In this document: positions 36,570-44,378 of the stretch, piece after piece
How the letters are laid out: every line of letters starts with the position of its first letter
How positions within the stretch are numbered: the stretch's first letter is position 1
NCBI GenBank assembly: GCA_039796915.1
Contig: JBDKIU010000009.1
Span: forward strand, 1 to 45,370
Reading direction: 5' to 3'
Length of the DNA: 45,370 nucleotides
DNA from: Bacteroidota bacterium
GTDB lineage: Bacteria; Bacteroidota; Bacteroidia; NS11-12g; UBA955
Position numbers and translations under genes: made by a program
The notes under the pieces: generated by a model
What the model was told of the DNA's origin: nothing
The model's database searches: none
Seen by the model: the letters and a program-made list of their open reading frames with translations, nothing else

Positions 36570-36920
36570 ATGACTTTGGAAAACAGCAGCGCGCAGATGC
36601 GCAAAGGGATATTGGAGTACTGCATATTATTGAGCATCAGCAGCCGTGAGGTTTATGCTGGTGAAATCCTGGAGTCGTTACGGGAAGCGGAGTTATTGGT
36701 GGTGGAAGGCACTTTATATCCCATCCTGAGTCGCATGAAAAACTCGGGTTGGTTGCTGTACCGTTGGGAAGAAAGCAGCGGAGGACCACCAAGGAAATAT
36801 TACAGCCTGAGTGCATCGGGCCATCATGCGCTGGAGCAGATGCATCAGGCATGGAATGATTTGAACAAAGGTGTTTCCACCATTAAAAAACAAGCCGAAA
36901 CAAGAACTACAAAAAAATGA
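36570..36920 (+). CDS. PadR family transcriptional regulator
   Basis: KGILEYCILLSIS..EVYAGEI...EGTLYPILSRMKNSGWL...RKYYSLS is a PadR winged helix. Confidence 0.88.
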   Translation: MTLENSSAQMRKGILEYCILLSISSREVYAGEILESLREAELLVVEGTLYPILSRMKNSGWLLYRWEESSGGPPRKYYSLSASGHHALEQMHQAWNDLNKGVSTIKKQAETRTTKK

Positions 36921-38338
36921 ACAGGAAAACAGCCATAGAACTGGGAGGCAGGGTATTTCAGATTGAAGAAGCTGCCATTACAGAGATTGAAGCCTACTTA
37001 GCGGCCTTGAGGCGCAGCTTCAGCAAGGAAGCCGACGCCGCTGAAATCATTGCCGACATAGAAAGCAGGATGTCTGAACTCTTCGCCCACAAAACCGGGA
37101 TGAACCGTCCCATCAGTCTGGAAGATGCGCGTGCCGTGCTCGCGGTGATGGGCGCTCCAGCAGATATCGGCGCGGAAACCACAAGCCCTGCGCATGAACC
37201 TGTTCCGGGTACTAAACGCTTGTTTCGACACCCGGAAGACCAGGTAGTGGCGGGCGTTTGCAGCGGACTGGGCGCTTATTTCGGCATTGATCCGGTTTGG
37301 ATACGCCTTGCCTTTGCATTCGCCTTATTCTCATTCGGAACAGGATTGCTGTTGTACGTGTTGCTGATTCTGATTGTTCCGGAAGCATCTACGCCGGCGG
37401 AACGTTTGATGATGCATGGCGAGGCCGTAACCCTGGAAAACATGGAACACCGGCTGAAATCAGAAGGCCGTAAAGTGCAGGAGAACCTGAGGCGTCGCTT
37501 CAGCAATCCGCTGAGCAGAGGAGTGTATAGTTTGCTCAGGGCGTTCACCAAATTCGTTGGATACTTCACCTGGATTGTGGCGTTTACGGCAACTGCCGGG
37601 CTAAGTATCTTGTTGTTTTTGTTGTGGTGGAAACCTGCGACCATCAGGATTGGCGGTGTACAATTCAACGGAATAGCCTCGGGAGCGGCGCTGTTTCGCA
37701 ACACCACAGAAGCCCAATTATGCGCAGGTCTTCTGGCTTCTTTGCTCCTGCTCTCCGTGATTACCATTTTATTGCAGTTGTTTCGAAAACCGGGAACATT
37801 TAAAGTCATCAGGAAGATACAGCTGTTGCTTACATCCGTATGCAGCCTGATTACACTTGGCCTGATCATTCTGGCCTTCCTGAATGCCACTGCATACAAG
37901 GAACACGCCGAATATGGGCAACAGCATCTGTATCCGCCAAGTGACACCCTCCTTATCTTCTGCAACCAAGCCAACCAAAGTGACGATGGAGACTTTGTTT
38001 TGGGTGCTTCTGCGGATCGCAACGCCGGCATTCAACTAAGTCACACAAGACTGGAAATGATACGTCACAGCGATACCAACATACGCCTGGAAGTGTTCAG
38101 CGTCAGCATGGGTCCCAGCAAGGATTCCGCCTATCAGCTGGCTGCCACGCTGCCTGAAGCCTACACCTATCACAACGGAACCCTGCGCATCAACAACAAG
38201 CTGGAACTGAAACCCGGAACACCTTTTCGCGAACAACATCGGCGCATCAGGCTGAGCATTCCGCGCAATACGGTGCTTGTTTCAGACCGAAACACTGTTT
38301 CCCTGCAAATGCAGGAACACGATTCGCATTGGGAATGA
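36917..38338 (+). CDS. PspC domain-containing membrane protein
   Basis: RLFRHPEDQVVAGVCSGLGAYFGIDPVWIRLAF is the PspC domain, followed by several TM helices and a C-terminal extracytoplasmic domain. The ATGA overlap with padR fits the usual PadR-PspC pair. Confidence 0.85.
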   Translation: MNRKTAIELGGRVFQIEEAAITEIEAYLAALRRSFSKEADAAEIIADIESRMSELFAHKTGMNRPISLEDARAVLAVMGAPADIGAETTSPAHEPVPGTKRLFRHPEDQVVAGVCSGLGAYFGIDPVWIRLAFAFALFSFGTGLLLYVLLILIVPEASTPAERLMMHGEAVTLENMEHRLKSEGRKVQENLRRRFSNPLSRGVYSLLRAFTKFVGYFTWIVAFTATAGLSILLFLLWWKPATIRIGGVQFNGIASGAALFRNTTEAQLCAGLLASLLLLSVITILLQLFRKPGTFKVIRKIQLLLTSVCSLITLGLIILAFLNATAYKEHAEYGQQHLYPPSDTLLIFCNQANQSDDGDFVLGASADRNAGIQLSHTRLEMIRHSDTNIRLEVFSVSMGPSKDSAYQLAATLPEAYTYHNGTLRINNKLELKPGTPFREQHRRIRLSIPRNTVLVSDRNTVSLQMQEHDSHWE

Positions 38339-38365
38339 AGCTCGGGATTTGAGGAGCATACTGCT

Positions 38366-39475
38366 TCAGTTGCTGCCTTTTTTCTGGATCAGCCTGCGTA
38401 AGGTTTGATGCACAGGTTTCTCGAATATCAGGTAGAGTAAAACAGAAATTATCCAAAGCAGCACGAAGTTCCGGTCGGGTAACAGCACAAACTCCCGGAT
38501 GCGTATGTTCACATAGCTGATGTGGATGAGGTAGAAGGCGAATGAAGCCTTGCCGAGCAATTCCATCGGGGCACTGCCTAGAAATCGTTGCAGCAGGGTT
38601 CGTTCTGTAATCAAACCGTGCAGCAGGCAAATCACCAGCCAGGGAAACAGCGTTGCCCGCAACAAACCGCCGAGTGGATGGTCCGTGCCATGCGCAAAAA
38701 TATTGGGTTCAAGCAAGCCGATGAGGTACAGCAGAAGCATCAAACCGGTTGCGCCTATGAATGTCTGGTGTTTCTTCGGAAGCAGCTTCTTCCATGAAAG
38801 GTGGCCCTGCATCAATGCTGCCAGGCCCATGCCCCAAAGGAATTCCATGAAGCGTCCAAAGAAAGTGGACTGCAGCAGGAAGTCAAATGGAACCAAAACA
38901 CCCAAAGGATTTCCGTTGTATTGTTTCCAGCAGAAGCCCGTGAGCGCCGTAAGACCAAGCAGTCCAAGACAAATCAGCACGGGATAATACCAGTTTTTCT
39001 TCAGCAGCACATACAGCAGCGGCGCCAGCAGGTAAAAGCAGAGTTCAACATTCAGCGACCAGGCTTGTGCGATGGCGTCCAGGATATGTCGGTGAGAAAA
39101 AGCATGCGCAAGCGTATAGGTTGCCCAGGTGGAACCAGCAGATGGGAAGCCCCAATCGACATAGCGAACGGTCAAAATCAGCCAGTACAGCGGCAGGATG
39201 CGTGCGGCACGCAGGGCGAGGTAGCGCAGATACTCGCGGGTGGTACGCAAGGGCTTATCGGCATACGCGTAGGCAATGAGGAAACCACTCAGCACAAAAA
39301 ACAGGGAAACGCCCATGTGACCTTCGTTGAACAGGCGCAACACTTCCGGATGCAGATCGCTGCGCCAGTATTTTCGGTTGTGGTATAAAAACACCATGGA
39401 AGCAGCCAGCATGCGCAAGCCTGTGAGGGAGCGGAAATTGGCATTTGCTGTTGGGTTCACGGCTGCAAGGTACAA
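38366..39475 (-). CDS. Acyltransferase family 3 (membrane O-acyltransferase)
   Basis: FRSLTGLRMLAASMVFLYH is the family N-terminal motif, followed by about 10 TM helices. The start is uncertain: TTG 39475, GTG 39460 or ATG 39412. Confidence 0.75.
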   Translation of the reverse strand: MYLAAVNPTANANFRSLTGLRMLAASMVFLYHNRKYWRSDLHPEVLRLFNEGHMGVSLFFVLSGFLIAYAYADKPLRTTREYLRYLALRAARILPLYWLILTVRYVDWGFPSAGSTWATYTLAHAFSHRHILDAIAQAWSLNVELCFYLLAPLLYVLLKKNWYYPVLICLGLLGLTALTGFCWKQYNGNPLGVLVPFDFLLQSTFFGRFMEFLWGMGLAALMQGHLSWKKLLPKKHQTFIGATGLMLLLYLIGLLEPNIFAHGTDHPLGGLLRATLFPWLVICLLHGLITERTLLQRFLGSAPMELLGKASFAFYLIHISYVNIRIREFVLLPDRNFVLLWIISVLLYLIFEKPVHQTLRRLIQKKGSN

Positions 39476-39506
39476 CAGGCGGCGGATGCTGTGCCGGCGG
39501 CCTAAG

Positions 39507-39540
39507 CGTACGGCAAACGTTTGTAAACGTTTGCCGTACG
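39507..39540. promoter_or_regulatory. Perfect 16+16 nt inverted repeat (2-nt spacer) in the divergent acyltransferase/ssb intergenic region. Candidate operator or RNA hairpin.
   Basis: CGTACGGCAAACGTTT-gt-AAACGTTTGCCGTACG is followed at 39542-39555 by a second perfect palindrome, CTTGTGCGCACAAG. Confidence 0.5.
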
Positions 39541-39618
39541 ACTTGTGCGCACAAGCAGGCGCACCTTTGTATCGTCTTCCCGATGTACGGGCAGATAGTT
39601 GAACCTAATTTACGTTTT

Positions 39619-39963
39619 ATGTACAATGCTATTCGCAATTCGGTGCGCCTTTTAGGCCGCCTGGGGCAGGACCCCGAAGTGAAACAAACCGGTAAAGGCA
39701 ACAAAGTTGCTAAATGTTCTCTGGCCACGTCGGAGTCGTACAAGACTTCGGATGGGGAGAAGATTTCCGACACCACCTGGCATAACCTGGTCATCTGGGG
39801 GAAGCAGGCAGAAATCGCCGAGCGGTTGATGTGTAAGGGTGCTGAGGTGGTCGTTGAGGGAAGGATCTCGAACAGGAGTTTTCTGGACAAAGACGGAAAC
39901 AAGCGTTTCATCACCGAGATCATCGTCAACGATTTTGTTTTGCTTTCGCGAAAAGAGGCCTGA
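39619..39963 (+). CDS. ssb: Single-stranded DNA-binding protein (short, without an acidic C-terminal tip)
   Basis: MYNAIRNSVRLLGRLGQDPEVK...WHNLVIWGKQAEIAERL.KG..V.VEGR...R.F.DKDG..R..TEI is the SSB OB-fold. It ends at ...VLLSRKEA. Confidence 0.88.
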   Translation: MYNAIRNSVRLLGRLGQDPEVKQTGKGNKVAKCSLATSESYKTSDGEKISDTTWHNLVIWGKQAEIAERLMCKGAEVVVEGRISNRSFLDKDGNKRFITEIIVNDFVLLSRKEA

Positions 39964-39992
39964 GGACGGGTCCCAGGTCAACCTGTGGCCTG

Positions 39993-40016
39993 CCGGCGGA
40001 TCTTCGTATCCGTCGG
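39993..40016 (+). terminator. Possible terminator hairpin after ssb
   Basis: CCGGCGGAT-cttcgt-ATCCGTCGG forms a 9-bp stem with one G-U pair. The downstream T tract is weak (GGGTTT, 14 nt later). Confidence 0.35.
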
Positions 40017-40052
40017 CCGGGCCTCGGGTTTCAGAACACTTGAAGCGGCGAT

Positions 40053-40787
40053 TTGCCATCACCGCTCAGGGATTTCTGCACACCTCCTAACTTTGCGCGC
40101 AATACGTTCGCCTTGTTTTACGCCCATATTCTGGAAGGAACCACCGCCCACTTCGATGCCACGGAAAAGCGTCACGCTGTAGATGCCTTGCGCAAAAAGG
40201 TTGGCGATGACATTACTTATACCGATGGCAAAGGGCAGCTTTTCGCCGCCCGAATCACCCAAATTGGCAAAGACTATTTCCGTGCTGCGCAGCTGAGCAG
40301 TCTTCGGTTTCAACCTAAACCACTGGTGCATCTGGCCATTGCGCCCACAAAAAACAGCGACCGTATGGAGTGGATGCTGGAAAAATGTTGTGAGCTTGGA
40401 CTTGCTTCGCTGCGCTTTCTGGAATGTGCCCACAGCGAAAAAAACCGTGTGAACCTGGAGCGCATGGAACGGGTGGCACTCAGCGCCATCAAGCAGAGCG
40501 GGAATTTATGGTTGCCCGAATTGCTGCCCGTGATGAAGTTCAGCCTATGGGCGCATGAACCCTTCGACGGCATACGCTATCTGGCCCATTGTGCCGAAGG
40601 AACTAAAAACCAGGCGGAAGCCGTCCAAACACCCGTTTGTATTGGGATTGGACCGGAAGGTGATTTTTCTTCCGAAGAAATCCAACTGGCACTGCAGCTG
40701 GGCATGCGTCCACTAAGCCTCGGGCAAACCCGTCTACGCACCGAAACAGCAGGATTGGTTGCCTGCACGCTGTTCAACCTGCTCTGA
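40053..40787 (+). CDS. rsmE: 16S rRNA (uracil1498-N3)-methyltransferase
   Basis: LFYAH..., KSDRMEW-like (KNSDRMEWMLEKCCELG), IGPEGDFSSEE and LGQTRLRTETAG are RsmE motifs. There is no ATG near the 5' end. The start is TTG 40053 or, giving MFYAH..., TTG 40113. Confidence 0.88.
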   Translation: MPSPLRDFCTPPNFARNTFALFYAHILEGTTAHFDATEKRHAVDALRKKVGDDITYTDGKGQLFAARITQIGKDYFRAAQLSSLRFQPKPLVHLAIAPTKNSDRMEWMLEKCCELGLASLRFLECAHSEKNRVNLERMERVALSAIKQSGNLWLPELLPVMKFSLWAHEPFDGIRYLAHCAEGTKNQAEAVQTPVCIGIGPEGDFSSEEIQLALQLGMRPLSLGQTRLRTETAGLVACTLFNLL

Positions 40788-40895
40788 CTACGCCATTCAA
40801 AGCAGGCACGGCTGCTTAGGCTCCGGCGTTCCCAAACAAACTAAGGCAATTCGCAGATCCGATGGTGGTTTGCCTGAATAGCCGCGTAATTTTGC

Positions 40896-42200
40896 ATGGT
40901 GAAATTGCTTGTACTCGGTTCCGGGGGCAGAGAACACACCTTCGTGCATCTGCTGTCCGGGAGTCCACTCACTGAACAATTATTCGTTAGTCCCGGAAAT
41001 GCAGGCATGCAGTCGTGCGCCAAATTGTTATCCATTGCACCTACCGACTTTGAAGCGCTGTACCAATTTTGCATCGAACAAGGGATCGACACCATCCTCC
41101 CGGGCCCGGAAGATCCGCTGGTGGCGGGCATTGCCGACTTCTTCGAACAGCGCAGCCGTGAACAAGGATTTAACATTCGCGTAGCCGGACCGCATGCCGC
41201 TGCCGCCCGCCTGGAAGGAAGTAAAGATTTTGCCAAGGCCTTCATGCAGCGGCATCATATTCCTACCGCGCGCTATGAAACATTCCATGCCGAAAACCTG
41301 GAGGCAGGTTATCGTTTTCTGGAAAGTCTTTCCGCGCCATATGTGCTTAAGGCAGATGGCCTGGCCGCCGGAAAAGGTGTGCTCATCTGCTCCGATTTAA
41401 ACGAAGCCAAAGAAGCGCTGCACGAGATGATTACCGCACAGAAATTTGGCGCTGCCTCTGCCAAAGTGGTTGTTGAAGAATTTCTGCACGGCATCGAAAT
41501 ATCCGTGTTTGCCGTGAGTGACGGCGATAGTTGGCAGGTTTTGGGTTCGGCCAAAGATTACAAACGCATTGGCGAAGGTGATCAGGGACCCAATACCGGT
41601 GGCATGGGTGCGGTTTCGCCGGTGCCTTTTGCCGATGAGGAATTCATGCAGAAAGTGAAAGAACGTATCCTGAAACCAACGTTCGACGGATTAAAACAGG
41701 AAGGAAGTCCGTTCCGCGGTTTCTTGTTTGCCGGACTGATGAACTGCAACGGAAACCCCATGGTTATTGAATACAACGTGCGCATGGGCGATCCGGAAAC
41801 CGAAGCAGTGCTGCCCCGCCTGAAAACGGATTTTGGCGCTGTGGTTGACGCCATCGCCTCGGGAACCCTGAGCTCCTTGAACATCGAAATGCGCCATGAA
41901 ACGGCGGTTTGCGTGGTTTTGGTCAGCGAAGGCTATCCGGGCAACTACCCGAAAGGATTCCCCATCACGCTTCCTGAAAGCAGTGCTGATTGTACGATTT
42001 TCCATGCCGGAACCTCGCAGAAGGATGGGGTTCTGAGCACCAACGGTGGCCGCGTTTTGGCGCTGAGCGCCTTGGGTAAAGATATGGCTACGGCTGCCGA
42101 GGCAGCATTTGCTACCGCAGAGGCCGTTCAGTTTCAGGGGAAATACTTCCGCAGAGATATCGGCGCAGACCTGCGTTCGTTCCCACAACAGCAACCCTAA
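40896..42200 (+). CDS. purD: Phosphoribosylamine--glycine ligase
   Basis: MVKLLVLGSGGREH, an ATP-grasp domain, and EYNVRMGDPE and GGRVL motifs are present. Confidence 0.93.
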   Translation: MVKLLVLGSGGREHTFVHLLSGSPLTEQLFVSPGNAGMQSCAKLLSIAPTDFEALYQFCIEQGIDTILPGPEDPLVAGIADFFEQRSREQGFNIRVAGPHAAAARLEGSKDFAKAFMQRHHIPTARYETFHAENLEAGYRFLESLSAPYVLKADGLAAGKGVLICSDLNEAKEALHEMITAQKFGAASAKVVVEEFLHGIEISVFAVSDGDSWQVLGSAKDYKRIGEGDQGPNTGGMGAVSPVPFADEEFMQKVKERILKPTFDGLKQEGSPFRGFLFAGLMNCNGNPMVIEYNVRMGDPETEAVLPRLKTDFGAVVDAIASGTLSSLNIEMRHETAVCVVLVSEGYPGNYPKGFPITLPESSADCTIFHAGTSQKDGVLSTNGGRVLALSALGKDMATAAEAAFATAEAVQFQGKYFRRDIGADLRSFPQQQP

Positions 42201-42202
42201 CC

Positions 42203-42823
42203 ATGATTCAAGAAAAACACCTCCGTCACCTGCGCAGACAACTTACGCTCAGACAAGCCATGAGCAGGCTGTTGGGTTACTTTTTGCGCGGATTACTGGT
42301 GGTTTTGCCCATCGGGGCCACAGTTTGGCTGCTTTATACGCTCATTACTCAGGCAGATACGCTGATCCAAAAATATTTTGTCAACCTGCACATTCCAGGC
42401 ATTGGCATCCTCATCATCGTGCTGACCATAACCCTGGTGGGCATGTTTGCCACCGGCTTCATCACACGCCCACTTTTTGAACTGTTCGATGCGCTGATGG
42501 AACGCGCTCCGGGTGTGAAACACGTGTACAGCTCGGTGAAAGATATGACTGAAGCTTTTGTGGGCGACAAACGTAAATTCAACGAACCGGTGAGCGTGGA
42601 AATTCAGGATGGCATTTATCGCCTCGGATTTATCACGGCCCACGACCTCGAAAATATTAAGATGCCCGGCCACTGCGGCGTGTATATGCCTTTCTCGTAT
42701 GGCGTATCAGGACAGGTATGGATGGTGCGCAAAGACAAATTGAAAAATCTGGAAGCAGACGCACCTGAAGTGATGAAATTCATCCTGAGTGGCGGAGTTT
42801 CTGACTTAGGAGAAGAATCATGA
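42203..42823 (+). CDS. DUF502 domain-containing membrane protein
   Basis: Two TM helices (VVLPIGATVWLLY; GIGILIIVLTITLVGMF) are followed by ...P.VKHVYSSVKD...LGFIT, the DUF502 pattern. It starts 2 nt after the purD stop. Confidence 0.75.
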   Translation: MIQEKHLRHLRRQLTLRQAMSRLLGYFLRGLLVVLPIGATVWLLYTLITQADTLIQKYFVNLHIPGIGILIIVLTITLVGMFATGFITRPLFELFDALMERAPGVKHVYSSVKDMTEAFVGDKRKFNEPVSVEIQDGIYRLGFITAHDLENIKMPGHCGVYMPFSYGVSGQVWMVRKDKLKNLEADAPEVMKFILSGGVSDLGEES

Positions 42824-43668
42824 ACGAAGCATTGAAACCGGGACGTTACAACAACCTGCGCGTAGCGCGTATGGTAGATTTTGGCGTGTACCTGGACGGA
42901 GGCGAATACGGCGACATCCTGATGCCGGGGAAATATGTACCTGAAGGAACACACATTGGCGACACCCTGAATGTGTTTGTGTATTGCGACAGTGAAGACC
43001 GAATGGTTGCCACCACCGAACAGGCCCTGGCACAAGTGGGCACCTGCGCGTACCTTGAATGCACCTCGAACAGCAAGTTTGGCGCCTTCCTGAACTGGGG
43101 ACTGGCCAAAGACCTGCTGGTGCCTTTTCGCGAACAAACCGTGCAGATGAAAGAAGGACGCAAGTACCCGGTTTTTGTGTACCTCGATGGAAAAAGTGGC
43201 CGCATCGCTGCTTCTGCACACATCGAGAAATTCATGAACAAGGGAAGAGCGCTGTATCCGATTGGCTCTGAAGCAGCACTCTTCATCTATGGGAAAACTG
43301 ATTTGGGGTATAAAGCCGTTGTGAACAACGAGTTTACCGGTTTGCTCTACTTTAATCAGGTTTTTGCACCCCTGAACATTGGCGACCATGTGAAAGGTTA
43401 CATCGCCCAGATCAGGGAAGATGGCAAAATTGACCTCAGCATCCGGCCCTCTGGTTATGAATCGGTGCAGGACAGCAGCGGCGAAATCCTGGCAAAACTG
43501 AAGCAGGCCGGCGGCTTTATGCCTTTTACCGACCACAGCGAACCCGATGCCATTTATGCCGCATTTGGCATGAGCAAAAAGCTTTGGAAGAAATCAGTGG
43601 GCACCCTCTACAAGAAGCAGCTCATCCAGCTGGATTCAGAGGGCATTCGCCTGGTTTCTGAAGATTGA
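42820..43668 (+). CDS. S1-like RNA-binding domain protein (CvfB/YitL family)
   Basis: 282 aa with tandem S1/OB-like repeats (LRVARMVDFGVYLDGG..GDILMP; FGAFLNWGL.KDLLVP) and a C-terminal winged-helix-like segment. ATGA overlap with the DUF502 gene. Confidence 0.75.
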   Translation: MNEALKPGRYNNLRVARMVDFGVYLDGGEYGDILMPGKYVPEGTHIGDTLNVFVYCDSEDRMVATTEQALAQVGTCAYLECTSNSKFGAFLNWGLAKDLLVPFREQTVQMKEGRKYPVFVYLDGKSGRIAASAHIEKFMNKGRALYPIGSEAALFIYGKTDLGYKAVVNNEFTGLLYFNQVFAPLNIGDHVKGYIAQIREDGKIDLSIRPSGYESVQDSSGEILAKLKQAGGFMPFTDHSEPDAIYAAFGMSKKLWKKSVGTLYKKQLIQLDSEGIRLVSED

Positions 43669-43779
43669 GCCTTACCGCTCCCCGGCCTCATGCATCGCCA
43701 ATTCCCTTGCCCACATCCGTTTGGGCTATTGCATCATCCTGCCTGTTGAGAAGCACAAAAGATTGTGCCATCACAGCGT

Positions 43780-44223
43780 TCAATATTCCTGCCGCTCACC
43801 CGCAAAATACTTCCTTACAGCAGCTCGGAATTCGTTGTCGGTGAGCTTATCGCTTTCCTGAAAGGCCACATGACGATGCGGTCCGTGCTTCCCGTTTTCG
43901 TTCAGGAAGTTTTCAAACTGATGCAGCAGAATGCGGGGCCCCAACACAAAAACCTCCTGATACGGCTCCGTTTTAAGGGATAACTGCTTGAAATACGCCC
44001 TGAGGGCATCTGCTTCCTTGTTGTGCTTGTGGTGTTCATTGTTGGTGCTGCGGTTGTTGCCCACCAAAATCTGGTTGGTTGTTTCTCCGGCGTAACGCAC
44101 CCGGCCTTCTATGCCCGATGGCATGTGCGTAAGTGCATCACTGCCCGAATCCGGATAGTAAAATGTGGCCCTCAAACGATTCAAATACACACCCAGTCTT
44201 CGGATTTCTAATTGCTTCTTCAT
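43780..44223 (-). CDS. Hypothetical protein (weak resemblance to host-attachment / bacterial eRF1-like proteins)
   Basis: 147 aa with an ATG in AT-rich context. The C-terminal half, YQEVFVLGPRILLHQFENFL....HV..ESDKLTDNEFRAAVRKYF, resembles the LVLVAPP..LG.LR..L....V....KDLT pattern of PF10116-type proteins. This is from memory only. Confidence 0.5.
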   Translation of the reverse strand: MKKQLEIRRLGVYLNRLRATFYYPDSGSDALTHMPSGIEGRVRYAGETTNQILVGNNRSTNNEHHKHNKEADALRAYFKQLSLKTEPYQEVFVLGPRILLHQFENFLNENGKHGPHRHVAFQESDKLTDNEFRAAVRKYFAGERQEY

Positions 44224-44378
44224 AATAAATAAAAACGATGCGCACGAAGTTCAGCCCAGCGCTGTCAAGGCATCATGACCGGCATCAACCTGAACACTGA
44301 CGCGCGGTTTGAGGTCACCTTCGGATTTGGCCCGATTTTGGCCACTGAACTGCATCTTTGCAATCAGCAGCTACCAAT

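Noticed and set aside
37276-38031. 251-aa ORF antisense to the PspC-domain gene
   Set aside because: The sense strand has the PspC motif and TM helices and is coupled to padR. The antisense product is Ser/Arg/Cys-rich noise.
40887-40894. TAATTTTG (matching the Bacteroidota -7 promoter consensus TAnnTTTG) directly before the purD ATG, and a similar TAAATTTG at 8557-8564 before the rhodanese-Trx ATG
   Set aside because: These motifs lie 1-5 nt from the start codon, so a TSS downstream of them would fall at or inside the coding sequence. They more likely reflect the AT-rich translation-initiation context. I did not call them promoters.
40788-40895. Possible purine/ZTP-type or other riboswitch upstream of purD. 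I also looked for SAM or B12 elements near the metH fragment.
   Set aside because: I could not find the conserved cores of the ZTP (pfl), purine, SAM-I/II or cobalamin motifs by eye. The metH fragment has no 5' leader at all because of its ATGA overlap. A cmscan run would be needed to be certain.
42616-43536. 306-aa ORF antisense to the DUF502 and CvfB-like genes
   Set aside because: It spans two well-supported sense genes and has no recognisable motifs. It is a shadow ORF.
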